A DNA stretch of 13,417 bases, from contig CBDCWG010000004.1 in assembly GCA_965223345.1 (NCBI GenBank), positions 1 through 13,417 on the forward strand, given 5' to 3'. This stretch comes from Nitrospinales bacterium. Lineage in GTDB: Bacteria; Nitrospinota; Nitrospinia; Nitrospinales; VA-1. The translations under genes and the position numbers were made by a program. The notes beneath the pieces are model-generated. The model saw only the letters and a list, made by a program, of their open reading frames with translations, ran no database searches and was not told where the DNA came from. Positions 1 through 8,100 of this stretch are shown here, piece after piece. Positions within the stretch are counted from its first letter, which is position 1. Every line of letters begins with the position of its first letter.

Positions 1-2
1 CG

Positions 3-1091
3 CTGGCCGGCTGTCTGATTATTTTTTTGTCCGGGATCGGATTGTGGACTCCCTCCCTTCAGTCCGAAGAAACTCCCCGCGATGAAGGGCGCATCCCCCT
101 CAAGACCGCGGCCGACTACATTCACGCCGTCATCGAGGCCAACCGCACCCTCTATTCCGGCTACATCGTGGACAGGCTGGAAAACACCGGCACGATCAAA
201 GCGACGGAACACTGGGAAACCGAAAACACGCTGCTGTTGCCGGCGCAGTTCCTGAGAAAATCCTCCGAGCTGTCCAATCGTGCGGATACCGGAGTGAGCT
301 ATTATCTGAAGAGTCTCTGGCCCATCAACAAGGAAAATGTTCCCCGCAAGGGCAAGGAGGAGGATGCGTTTCAATCGGTGGTGAACCGTCCCCAGGAACC
401 GGTTTCCTGGATCGAACGCCGGGCGGGCAGAACGATCTTCCGCATCGTCTATCCCGATGTTGCGACCAACGCGTCCTGCGTTGCCTGTCACAACCTGCAT
501 GCAGAGTCGCCCAAAAACGACTTCATTATAGGCGATGTCATGGGCGGTGTCTTGATCGAATTTCAATTTAGTCAGGATGAACTATCCAATGGCCGGGAGA
601 AGGAAACACTGGCGCCCGAAGTGGTGGCCGAATACGTTCACGACATTCTGCAGGCGGACCGGACCGTCTATTCGACCCTGATCGTCGAGCGGCTGCAGGA
701 AAAAGGCATCCTGCGCGCTTCAGAGCACTGGGCGCTGGAAAACGGTCTGCCCCTCCCCGCCCAGTTCCTCGCCGCGACGTTCAAACTGGTGCGGCAGAAA
801 AAAGTCAACATGGACTTCCGCCTGCTCAGCCTGTGGCCCATCAACAAGAACAACGGCCCGGCCAACTCGTTCGAAAGAACGGGCCTGCAGGCGATCGCGC
901 GAAACCCGACACGGCCTTTCGTGGAAACGGTGCAGCTTGCAGGCAAGCGCTACTTCCGCGCCATCTACCCCGATCTCGCGGTGACCCCTTCCTGCGTCCA
1001 GTGCCACAACGCCAACCGCAACAGCCCCAAAAAGGATTTCAAGCTGAACGACGTCATGGGCGGCATCGCCGTCACGCTGGCTGTGGATTGA
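3..1091 (+). CDS. Exported di-haem c protein with two tandem DUF3365 (Tll0287-like) domains; 5' end lies upstream of the window
   Basis: The frame is open from base 3 (LAGCLIIFLSGIGLW, a signal-peptide-like hydrophobic stretch). Two similar ~170-aa halves each carry (A)xEHW, LPAQFL, SLWPINK, YPDxA and a haem-c motif (SCVACHN, SCVQCHN) followed by SPKxDF...DVMGG. Confidence 0.85.
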   Translation: MAGCLIIFLSGIGLWTPSLQSEETPRDEGRIPLKTAADYIHAVIEANRTLYSGYIVDRLENTGTIKATEHWETENTLLLPAQFLRKSSELSNRADTGVSYYLKSLWPINKENVPRKGKEEDAFQSVVNRPQEPVSWIERRAGRTIFRIVYPDVATNASCVACHNLHAESPKNDFIIGDVMGGVLIEFQFSQDELSNGREKETLAPEVVAEYVHDILQADRTVYSTLIVERLQEKGILRASEHWALENGLPLPAQFLAATFKLVRQKKVNMDFRLLSLWPINKNNGPANSFERTGLQAIARNPTRPFVETVQLAGKRYFRAIYPDLAVTPSCVQCHNANRNSPKKDFKLNDVMGGIAVTLAVD

Positions 1092-1148
1092 TGTTTCAGT
1101 ATCGGGTTCTAATTGCGTGCGGGCGTATTTGGGGTTTCTATTTCTAAC

Positions 1149-1541
1149 TCACAACCATTCCACCTTTGGCGGGAAAGCGGATAAAACATCCACCAAATCA
1201 ACCGGAGTGTAAATTGCATAATGTACGATATCGTCATCTTTATGCATGCCCAGACTTTCTTCATTGAACCATTCAATATATTTGGAATTCTCCACAATAT
1301 ACAAGGGCCATGCACCATCAATATATTTACTCAATTCACCTAAACTTTTTAAATAATCTCCTTCGTCGATGTAACGATACGACCAGGCCGGATCAAAAGT
1401 GATTCTAAGCATTCCTGATGATTTTTCCACACCCCTCAACAACAGGCGAAATCCTTCCCAATCGTCATGCAACCCTTCCAGATACATTTCTTTTTCAATT
1501 TTTTCGATGGGTTCCCATTTGACCAGTTTTTCTTTATCCAT
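1149..1541 (-). CDS. Low-GC hypothetical protein (130 aa), resembling orphan immunity proteins of polymorphic toxins
   Basis: Intact acidic/aromatic ORF (YRYIDEGD...WPLYIVENSKYIEWFNEES...HYAIYTPVDLVDVLS). ATG at 1541 has AGGA about 9 nt upstream. Clearly more AT-rich than its neighbours. The immunity role is inferred. Confidence 0.75.
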   Translation of the reverse strand: MDKEKLVKWEPIEKIEKEMYLEGLHDDWEGFRLLLRGVEKSSGMLRITFDPAWSYRYIDEGDYLKSLGELSKYIDGAWPLYIVENSKYIEWFNEESLGMHKDDDIVHYAIYTPVDLVDVLSAFPPKVEWL

Positions 1542-1589
1542 TCCCAATATTCCTGTTAGTTAATTGCCCAACTTTCATCTTGATTCTTT

Positions 1590-1927
1590 CTTTGCGTCCT
1601 CTGCGTCTTTGCGGTGAATTCTGCTTTTTGCTTTTATCGACCTTTGTCATCAGCATTAATCCTGCCTGATTCTATTTCTGTTTCTCCCCCCCTCACCTAA
1701 ATCCTCTCCCCCCGATGTGGGGAGAGGAATTATTAAATTACTCTCATTCCGTTTTCTTTGCGCCTTCACGCGATCCCCGGTACTTTTTAATTCTTGTTCT
1801 GCATCCTCGCTTTTTATCCTGTCTCCCGCTTTTCTTTGCGGCTTTGCGTCTTGGCGCGAGACTCCTTTTCCAGTCTTTGCTTTTTTGATTCAGCCTTCAT
1901 CCTCGCTTTTATCCTGTACATCCTGTC
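1590..1927 (+). repeat. Cluster of short repeat motifs in a pyrimidine-rich spacer
   Basis: CTTTGCGTC-CTCTGCGT-CTTTGCGGTGA (1590-1617). CTTTGCGG-CTTTGCGT-CTTGGCGCGAGA (1834-1861). Partial copy CTTTGCGCC near 1756. Direct repeat CATCCTCGCTTTT(T)ATCCTGT at 1802-1822 and 1898-1917. ATCCTGTACATCCTGTC at 1911-1927. Confidence 0.6.
1689..1728. repeat. REP-like palindrome CCCCTCACCTAAA-TCCTCTCCCC-N7-GGGGAGAGGA
   Basis: Perfect 10-bp stem (1702-1711 / 1719-1728) with a 7-nt loop, preceded by CCCCTCACC. Confidence 0.6.
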
Positions 1928-1952
1928 CAATGGCCTTCGTCTTTTCCCGGCG

Positions 1953-3953
1953 TCACGTCCCGCCGACGATCTCGCCGATGTCCTTCACCTTCACGGTGTC
2001 CTGCAAACCTTTGCCCTTGAGCCCGTCTTCCAGCATGAGGACGCAGTAGGGGCAGGACACGGCGATGGTGTCCGGTTTGGCCGCCATCAGCTCGTCGATG
2101 CGGTTGTGGCTCATGCGCGTGCCGGTTTTCTCTTCCAGCAGAAAGCGTGCGCCGCCCGCGCCGCAGCAGCTGCCGCGCTCGCGGCTCGCTTCCACTTCCT
2201 TGAGCGCATCCGCGTCCGCCGCCTGTGCAAGCACGCCGCGCGGCGGATCGTATTGCTGGTTGTGGCGGCCCAGATAGCAGGAGTCGTGGTACACCACCGT
2301 CCCCGCGTCCTGCGCGTCCGCCGTGATCTTGCCCTCGCGCATCAGGGTCTCAAGCAGCTCGCTGTGATGGATCACTTCCAGATCGACGCCGAAGTCGGGA
2401 TACTCGTTGAGCAGCGAGTTGAAGCAGTGCGGGCAGTGCGTGATGACCCTGCGCACGCCCTGGGCCTTGAAGGTTTCCGCGTTCTGCGTCGCCAGCATCT
2501 CGAACAGGTATTCGTTGCCCGCGCGCCGGGCCGGATCGCCCGTGCAGCCTTCGTCCATGCCCAGTATGGAAAAATCCACGCCTGCTTTTTTGAGCGCCTG
2601 AACCACGGACACGGCGATCCGCTTGCCGCGGTTGTCGAAGGAGCCGTTGCAGCCGACGAAATACAGGTACTCGGTGGGCTTGGCCTTGTCCCAGATTTTG
2701 ACGTCGAGGTCCTTCGCCCAGTCCGCGCGGGTGTTTCTGCCGAAACCCCAGGGGTTGCTGTTGGTCTCCAGCGATTTGAACGCGCGCGTGAACTCGGCGG
2801 GATAACGGTCCTCGCTCAGCACCAGGCCGCGCCTCAGGTCCACCACCTTGTTCACGTACTCGATCATCACCGGGCACTCCTCCTCGCAGGCGCCGCAGGT
2901 GGTGCAGGACCACAGCGTCTCATCCTGGATCACGCCTCCCAACAGCGCGCCGCCCTCCGTGTTTTCGGGGCCCGCGCTCTCCCGGTTCAGGTGATTTCTG
3001 AGGTCCACCGTCAGCTCTTTCGGCGAAAGCGGTTTGCCGCTGGAGAGCGCCGGGCACACAAGATCGCAGCGGCCGCATTCGGTGCAGGTGTGCAGATCGA
3101 GAAGCTGCTTCCAGGAAAAATCCAGGATCCGCGTGACGCCAAAGCTCTCCTTGCTCTCGTCTTCAAAATCGATGCGTGCGATCTGGTTGCCGCGTCCCGT
3201 CACGTGCGAGAAAAACACGTTGGGGATGGAGGTGAGGATGTGAAAATGCTTGCTGCGCGGCAGCAGCGTGAGAAAGAACAGGATGCTCACCACATGACCC
3301 CAGTAAGCGCCGTTGTGCAGAAACACCCGCGCCCCCTCCGGAACCGCCGCCAGCAGCGGCGCGAACGCCAGTCCCAGCGGTTCCCACATCGAGGCGGCTT
3401 CCGGGTGTTTGGCGAAATACGCCGCTTCGAACACCACGTCCGTGACCATGATGATCAGGATCAGCACCAGGATGAGGTTTCCCTCGCCGGACAGGGTGAG
3501 CCGCGGCGGCCGCAGGATGAGCCGCCGGAACAGCGCATAGGTGGCCGCCAGCAGCACCAGCAGCACGAACCCGTCCTTGATCAGCATGTAGAGATTGTGC
3601 ACCGCCTCGAACCCCGGCAGCGGGATCGGCAGGCCGGGAAAAAAGCCGATCACGAAAAAATGCGACGCCCTGAGCAGCAGGACCAGAAACCCCCAGAATA
3701 TGAGGGCATGCATCCACCCCGCCGGCTGGCGCTTGAACAGCTTGGTCTGCAGAAAGGCGATCTTGAACGTGTGCCCAATCCGCTGCAGCGGCTTATCGAA
3801 GCGGTTCTCTTTCTCCGCTTTCAGCAGCACTTTCAGTTTGGGCAGCAGCGCCGCGGCGAAAAACGCCAGCGCCGTGAGGGTCAGGAGCGCCAGGATCCAG
3901 GGCGTGGACCCGGCGGACACCCAGTCGAAAGCCCGGTTGCCGGAAGGATTCAT
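1953..3953 (-). CDS. Membrane-bound Fe-S oxidoreductase, FadF/HdrD-like (NarI-type cytochrome b domain + 2x[4Fe-4S] + two CCG domains)
   Basis: About five TM helices with conserved His residues (GWMHALIFWGF, YWGHVV, PRSKHFHI). Ferredoxin motifs CTECGRCDLVCP and CTTCGACEEECP. CCG domains (FVGC...CTGD...CPHC; YHDSC...CCGAGG...CPYC). Confidence 0.92.
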   Translation of the reverse strand: MNPSGNRAFDWVSAGSTPWILALLTLTALAFFAAALLPKLKVLLKAEKENRFDKPLQRIGHTFKIAFLQTKLFKRQPAGWMHALIFWGFLVLLLRASHFFVIGFFPGLPIPLPGFEAVHNLYMLIKDGFVLLVLLAATYALFRRLILRPPRLTLSGEGNLILVLILIIMVTDVVFEAAYFAKHPEAASMWEPLGLAFAPLLAAVPEGARVFLHNGAYWGHVVSILFFLTLLPRSKHFHILTSIPNVFFSHVTGRGNQIARIDFEDESKESFGVTRILDFSWKQLLDLHTCTECGRCDLVCPALSSGKPLSPKELTVDLRNHLNRESAGPENTEGGALLGGVIQDETLWSCTTCGACEEECPVMIEYVNKVVDLRRGLVLSEDRYPAEFTRAFKSLETNSNPWGFGRNTRADWAKDLDVKIWDKAKPTEYLYFVGCNGSFDNRGKRIAVSVVQALKKAGVDFSILGMDEGCTGDPARRAGNEYLFEMLATQNAETFKAQGVRRVITHCPHCFNSLLNEYPDFGVDLEVIHHSELLETLMREGKITADAQDAGTVVYHDSCYLGRHNQQYDPPRGVLAQAADADALKEVEASRERGSCCGAGGARFLLEEKTGTRMSHNRIDELMAAKPDTIAVSCPYCVLMLEDGLKGKGLQDTVKVKDIGEIVGGT

Positions 3954-4189
3954 CGTCGCCGCCTAATCAGAAAAAGGGTTGCAAGGGACGCAGGCCGGAC
4001 CCGACTGAACCATCCGGAACGGGCCGGCTGCGGGTCTTTGATTTCGCCCTGCGGCCGAACCCGCCATGCGGAATCGGCCAATGAAAAAGAAAAGTCCGGT
4101 TTTTCAATCGTTTTCAGGCCATTCGGCGTCCAACGGCGAAACCGCCCCGTACGGGCCATCGAAGCCGCGCGCCGTCCACGCAAACCCGG

Positions 4190-4217
4190 TTGAATTCAAT
4201 AGGGCCTGTGCTATATT
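4190..4217 (+). promoter_or_regulatory. Candidate sigma70 promoter with extended -10
   Basis: TTGAAT (4190-4195), a 16-nt spacer ending in TGc, then TATATT (4212-4217), about 55 nt upstream of the 4272 start. The palindrome TTGAATTCAA overlaps the -35. Confidence 0.4.
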
Positions 4218-4271
4218 GGAATTATCGGGATTGTAAAATCACCGTCCACACCATCAGGGGGAGGCAGACTC

Positions 4272-5195
4272 GTGTTCAACAGACCGCATCAGTGGGCCCT
4301 GTGTATGGGATTTTCGGCTTTCGCCGCCCTGGCCCTCGTTTCCGCATGGCCCGGCGCCGTCCAGGCGACTCCCATCGGAGACGCGTTCCAGCAGTTCAAC
4401 GATTCGGACACCGACGAAACGCTGGGCTACAATCCGTTGAACGACACCAAGCGGCCGCCTCACAAATCGCTGTTTCCCAACCTGACGCCGGAAATCAACG
4501 AGCCGCATCCTTTTCCCGATTATATAAAAAACTTCGCCCGTGGCGAGGATTTCCCTAAATATTACAGGGAATTGTTGTCCCTGCCGCCGGTGGACAAAGT
4601 CCAGAGCAAAATATTCAACCAGCAGGCGTTCGTCAAGACCCGAAACATCGGCGTCGCCGGTTTTGAAAACAAAACCACAGGCCTGTTCAAGGACGAGAAC
4701 GCCGGATACGTGGTCGCAAGCCAGGTGTTTCAGGAATTGCAGCGCTACGGCCAGTTCCGCGTCATCCCGCCGGCCAAGGGCCGGGAGGACGCCCGCCTGA
4801 AGATCACCAAGAGCCGCCCCGCCCCGTCCTCCGGAATGCCGAAGAAAGAGGTGCTGCTGACGGAGCTGCCCTACGCCGACGAACACGTGGACGCGGTGCT
4901 CATCGGGGCGGTGACCAAGTACATGGACCATTACATCGACAACCGCGGCAAGCTCAAGGAAAGCCTTTCCAGCGGCGTCGAATTCGGCGCCTTTCTGGTC
5001 AGCAAGACCACCGGAGAGGTGATCTGGGGCGCCCGTTTCGTCGGCTCCCAGACGCCCAACCTGCGGAATTTCTTCGCCGGCGGGCAGACCCACTGGCTGA
5101 ACAAGGAGGAACTCTCCCGCTCGGCCATGAAAAACGTGCTGCGGGAGTTCCGCAAAATCTCCGGCGCCGAACAAAAAATCTCCAAAAATCCGTGA
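4272..5195 (+). CDS. Exported protein with a C-terminal CsgG/GNA1162/LpoB-like alpha/beta domain
   Basis: GGAGG RBS before the GTG. Signal peptide ending AVQA. Pattern IGVAGFENKT...VASQVFQEL...VDAVLIGAVTKY...VEFGAFLVSKTTGEVIW is typical of that fold. The family call is tentative. Confidence 0.75.
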   Translation: MFNRPHQWALCMGFSAFAALALVSAWPGAVQATPIGDAFQQFNDSDTDETLGYNPLNDTKRPPHKSLFPNLTPEINEPHPFPDYIKNFARGEDFPKYYRELLSLPPVDKVQSKIFNQQAFVKTRNIGVAGFENKTTGLFKDENAGYVVASQVFQELQRYGQFRVIPPAKGREDARLKITKSRPAPSSGMPKKEVLLTELPYADEHVDAVLIGAVTKYMDHYIDNRGKLKESLSSGVEFGAFLVSKTTGEVIWGARFVGSQTPNLRNFFAGGQTHWLNKEELSRSAMKNVLREFRKISGAEQKISKNP

Positions 5196-5237
5196 GCACA
5201 GGCCCCGGACGCGGTACAATAGAGGGCCTGAAACCTA

Positions 5238-6077
5238 ATGCAACTCACAGACGACCGCTCAAACTCGATCGCCATGAATGAAAATATAGACACCAACCAA
5301 CATCCGTTCTCTTCTCCCGGGCAGCAGGCGCCGCAGAATATCGACAAGAAGCGCAAAATGTGGCGCAATCTGTTTCTGCTCAATCTCTGCCTGTCGCTGC
5401 TTCTGATCGGCATTTTCTGGCTGCCGGCGAAACTGATCCAGATGGAGGACTTCTGGAATTCGCCGAGCGTGAACCTGCCGCAGAAAGGCGAAGCCGTCAA
5501 GCCGAACAATCCGCCCATCGCCCAGAAACCGGCGAACCTGCTGGACACGCAGTACGTGACCGTCAACGCGTCGTCCGAGAAGGACTGGACCTATTTCGAT
5601 TTCTCGCGCGGTTCGGTGGTCAAGATCCACGACCCGACGTCCCTGGAATGGGATCTGGCATTCCGCCGCGGCAAGGTGATCTCCAACGGCGGCGCCACCA
5701 ACAAAATCGGCAAAGCGGGACTCATCGATCTCAAGTCCGGCAAATTCGAAGAGATCGCCGAAGTGCCCACCGAGCCCTACATCCCGGACATCGCAACCAA
5801 GACCGAAACGGAAAACCCGGTCCTGCTGAAATGGTACAAGTACAATTACCTCACCCACAAGCTCACGGCGAAAAAGAACGTCTACGCCGTGCGCACCGCG
5901 GACAACAAATACGCCAAAGTGCAGTTTTTGAGTTTCTACTGCGACAACAAGGAAACCGGCTGCATCAAGATGCGGTTCAGCTATCAGCAGGACGGTTCGC
6001 CCCGGTTTGTGAAGACCGGCGGCGCGTTCAGCTCCCCTTCCCTCGCTTCGAATCCGCCCGAAACGGCCGGTTTCTGA
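5238..6077 (+). CDS. hmuY: HmuY-family haem-binding protein with an N-terminal membrane anchor
   Basis: Motifs VNASS...WTYFDF, WDLAFRR, WYKYNYLTH and YAVRTADNKYAKVQFLSFY are characteristic of the HmuY family. TM segment LFLLNLCLSLLLIGIFWL. Alternative start at ATG 5274. Confidence 0.85.
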   Translation: MQLTDDRSNSIAMNENIDTNQHPFSSPGQQAPQNIDKKRKMWRNLFLLNLCLSLLLIGIFWLPAKLIQMEDFWNSPSVNLPQKGEAVKPNNPPIAQKPANLLDTQYVTVNASSEKDWTYFDFSRGSVVKIHDPTSLEWDLAFRRGKVISNGGATNKIGKAGLIDLKSGKFEEIAEVPTEPYIPDIATKTETENPVLLKWYKYNYLTHKLTAKKNVYAVRTADNKYAKVQFLSFYCDNKETGCIKMRFSYQQDGSPRFVKTGGAFSSPSLASNPPETAGF

Positions 6078-6166
6078 CCGCCACCGCAGCGCCCCCGGCC
6101 GGAATCCCGGAGACCGCATGGCCGTGTCCTGCTTCGTCCCCAAACGGGCGAAGGAACGGCCCCGGC

Positions 6167-6207
6167 TGCGTCCGGCACGCAGACAGCAAGCCGGACGGCG
6201 TTTTTTT
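6167..6207 (+). terminator. Candidate intrinsic terminator after hmuY
   Basis: Stem CGTCCGGC (6169-6176) / GCCGGACG (6190-6197), then GCG and T7 (6201-6207). Confidence 0.4.
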
Positions 6208-6334
6208 GCCGGCGGCCTGCACATAGGCGTTTTTTATCCGGTCAGAGAATGTTATTTTATTCACAGCTTTTCCCAGTTCCGCTTCCCGGCCGACACCGGG
6301 GAACGCAGCCATTCGCAATTTTGGAGGACATTTC

Positions 6335-6919
6335 ATGTCGAGTCTAAAGGGACTTCTATTCAGCCAGTTTGCCGGCGAAGGCCTCAACGAACTGCTCAAG
6401 GAGATGCAGGGCAAGTTCAAACCCAAAAAGGGCCGCAGGTTCAACCACGGCAACATCACCTACGAGATCAGCCGCCCCTCCTTGAAGGACAACCAGATCG
6501 AGTTCGAGATCAGCTCGAAGGTTCCGGAAGATGAGATCCAGGACGACAGCCAGATGAACACCTACTTCGAGGAGATCAAAAAGCTGCTCAGCCAGGGCGA
6601 GCACAAGCCCGACACCTTCGAAATCGAAAACATCGTGTGGGACTCCAAAAAAGAAACCGAAAAGGAACGGGACTACGTCAAGCTCGGCTACCGCTACTCT
6701 TTAGACAATCTGTTCGACAACGAAGAAGTCACCCGCAGGTTCCAGGAGCTGTCCCAGAGCGGCAAGCTGGACAGCATCCCCAACGCGCCCAGCGCCTTCA
6801 CGCCGCAGGGGAAGATCGTGCTGTCCATGGTGCGCGAAAAAATTCACGAGTACGGCCGGAAAAACATCGATCAACTGATCGAAGCCAACAAACAGGTCCG
6901 GACCATTCTGGGGAACTGA
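6335..6919 (+). CDS. Hypothetical soluble protein (194 aa)
   Basis: GGAGG RBS at 6323-6327, host-like codon usage, charged globular composition. No family recognised. Confidence 0.85.
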   Translation: MSSLKGLLFSQFAGEGLNELLKEMQGKFKPKKGRRFNHGNITYEISRPSLKDNQIEFEISSKVPEDEIQDDSQMNTYFEEIKKLLSQGEHKPDTFEIENIVWDSKKETEKERDYVKLGYRYSLDNLFDNEEVTRRFQELSQSGKLDSIPNAPSAFTPQGKIVLSMVREKIHEYGRKNIDQLIEANKQVRTILGN

Positions 6920-6926
6920 TCCCTCC

Positions 6927-7106
6927 ATGCGGCAGATCATGTATTTTCTGGGACGCGCCCTGCAGCTGGTGGGGCTCGCCACGCTCACCATCGTGGTGTA
7001 CATGTTCTTCACCCAGATGGGCATGGAACCGCTGCTCTACGCCACCATCGCGGGGATCGTGGAGTTTTATGCAGGCACCTTCATTTTGAAAAAGGCCGGA
7101 GGATGA
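6927..7106 (+). CDS. Small two-TM membrane protein (59 aa; not in the ORF track)
   Basis: Manual translation MRQIMYFLGRALQLVGLATLTIVVYMFFTQMGMEPLLYATIAGIVEFYAGTFILKKAGG*. Starts 7 nt after the previous stop. GC3-rich codons and two hydrophobic helices. Confidence 0.8.
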   Translation: MRQIMYFLGRALQLVGLATLTIVVYMFFTQMGMEPLLYATIAGIVEFYAGTFILKKAGG

Positions 7107-7170
7107 ACGCGCTGGAGGCCGTGACGCCGCACCCCGGCTCAGCCGCTCTGACCACCGGTAAATCCATATC

Positions 7171-7878
7171 ATGAAAGAAATACTCGAAAAACCAGGATTC
7201 ATCACCAGCGCCGGCACCCTGGGCGCGGACCTCAGCTACCTGCTGGCGGTGGTGTTCACCGTGCTGTTTCTCATCGCCTGGGGACTGGCGAAAAAAGCCC
7301 AGGGCACCAGGCACCACAAGCTGGTCGGGGTCTCGATGGTCTCGATGGTGATCTACTTCGTCGCCTACTACTACGCGCGCAATTTAGGCGTGCTGACTCT
7401 GGAAGGCGAAGAAGGCTTCGGAGGGCCGGAAGAAGTGTACCAGGACGTCTTCATTCCGATATTGACGACCCACCTCGTTCTGGTGGTGCTGGGCCTCATC
7501 ATGGCCGTGTACATGATGGTGCAGGGCTACCGCGCCAGCGCCACGGTCGACGGGGAGTACCACCTGAAAGCCGGAAACCTCAAAATGCGGCCGGAGACCT
7601 TTAAAAAGGTGATGCTGGTGATCGCCGGGCTGTGGCTCCTCAACCAGATACTGCAGAGCGTGGTGCGCAACATCTCCATGGCTTCCAGCATCGCGTACGC
7701 GCTGATATTTCTCACCATCGCAGGCGTGGTGTCTCTGGAAAAGGGAATCGAGAAATGGCTGCCGGACGGTGCCCGAAGGCACCGCATCCTGGGGCGGGGC
7801 ACCATGGTCATTTTCGCCCTGCTGCTGGTGACCAGCACGGCGACGTACCTGATGCTCTACGTGATCTACCCGAAGTGA
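7171..7878 (+). CDS. DUF420 family membrane protein (CtaM/YozB-like) with an extra two-TM insertion
   Basis: Motifs RHHKLV, EGFGGP..VY..VFIPILTTHLVL, and HRILGR...TYLMLYVIY at the C-terminus. Confidence 0.8.
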   Translation: MKEILEKPGFITSAGTLGADLSYLLAVVFTVLFLIAWGLAKKAQGTRHHKLVGVSMVSMVIYFVAYYYARNLGVLTLEGEEGFGGPEEVYQDVFIPILTTHLVLVVLGLIMAVYMMVQGYRASATVDGEYHLKAGNLKMRPETFKKVMLVIAGLWLLNQILQSVVRNISMASSIAYALIFLTIAGVVSLEKGIEKWLPDGARRHRILGRGTMVIFALLLVTSTATYLMLYVIYPK

Positions 7879-7932
7879 ACCGGGCACACCGGACCGGCTT
7901 TCATCAAGGTTGTTCGGAGGGCTTATATTTCT

Positions 7933-7957
7933 AAAAACAAGGGGGGTTTTCCTCTTG
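7933..7957 (-). terminator. Weak candidate terminator for the 35-aa minus-strand gene
   Basis: On the minus strand CAAGAGG-aaaacc-CCCCTTG (one mismatch) is followed by T5. A second stem AAACCCC/GGGGTTT spans about 7968-7994. Confidence 0.3.
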
Positions 7958-7984
7958 ACACTTTTAAAACCCCTGTGTTAAGTT
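7955..7984 (+). promoter_or_regulatory. Sigma70-type promoter P1 (perfect -35, extended -10)
   Basis: TTGACA 7955-7960, an 18-nt spacer ending in TGt, then TAAGTT 7979-7984. Confidence 0.55.
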
Positions 7985-7992
7985 TCGGGGGT

Positions 7993-8100
7993 TTAGATAA
8001 TATCAAAATACATGAGCAGCAGATACAACGCGGTCAAACCATTGACCCCGAGGCCAATGTAAACGATGGTATCGAAGATTTTTCCGTCCTTGCTGGCCAT
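7993..8100 (-). CDS. Small single-TM protein (35 aa; not in the ORF track)
   Basis: MASKDGKIFDTIVYIGLGVNGLTALYLLLMYFDII*. AGAGG RBS just upstream of the ATG. Has its own promoter at 8138-8167. Confidence 0.7.
   Translation of the reverse strand: MASKDGKIFDTIVYIGLGVNGLTALYLLLMYFDII

Noticed and set aside
1092..1572. Integron cassette interpretation of the low-GC gene (GTTGGGC core-like site upstream on the minus strand)
   Set aside because: No matching RYYYAAC inverse core or attC stem downstream, and no integrase in the window.
1575..1935. CRISPR array
   Set aside because: Repeats are short, heterogeneous and irregularly spaced, and there are no cas genes.
1794..4193. 799-aa + strand ORF
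   Set aside because: Antisense shadow of the GC3-rich Fe-S oxidoreductase gene; Arg/His-rich with no motifs.
4254..6226. Long alternative ORFs (4254-5219 -, 5259-6224 -, 5360-6226 +)
   Set aside because: They overlap better-supported genes and have shadow-frame composition.
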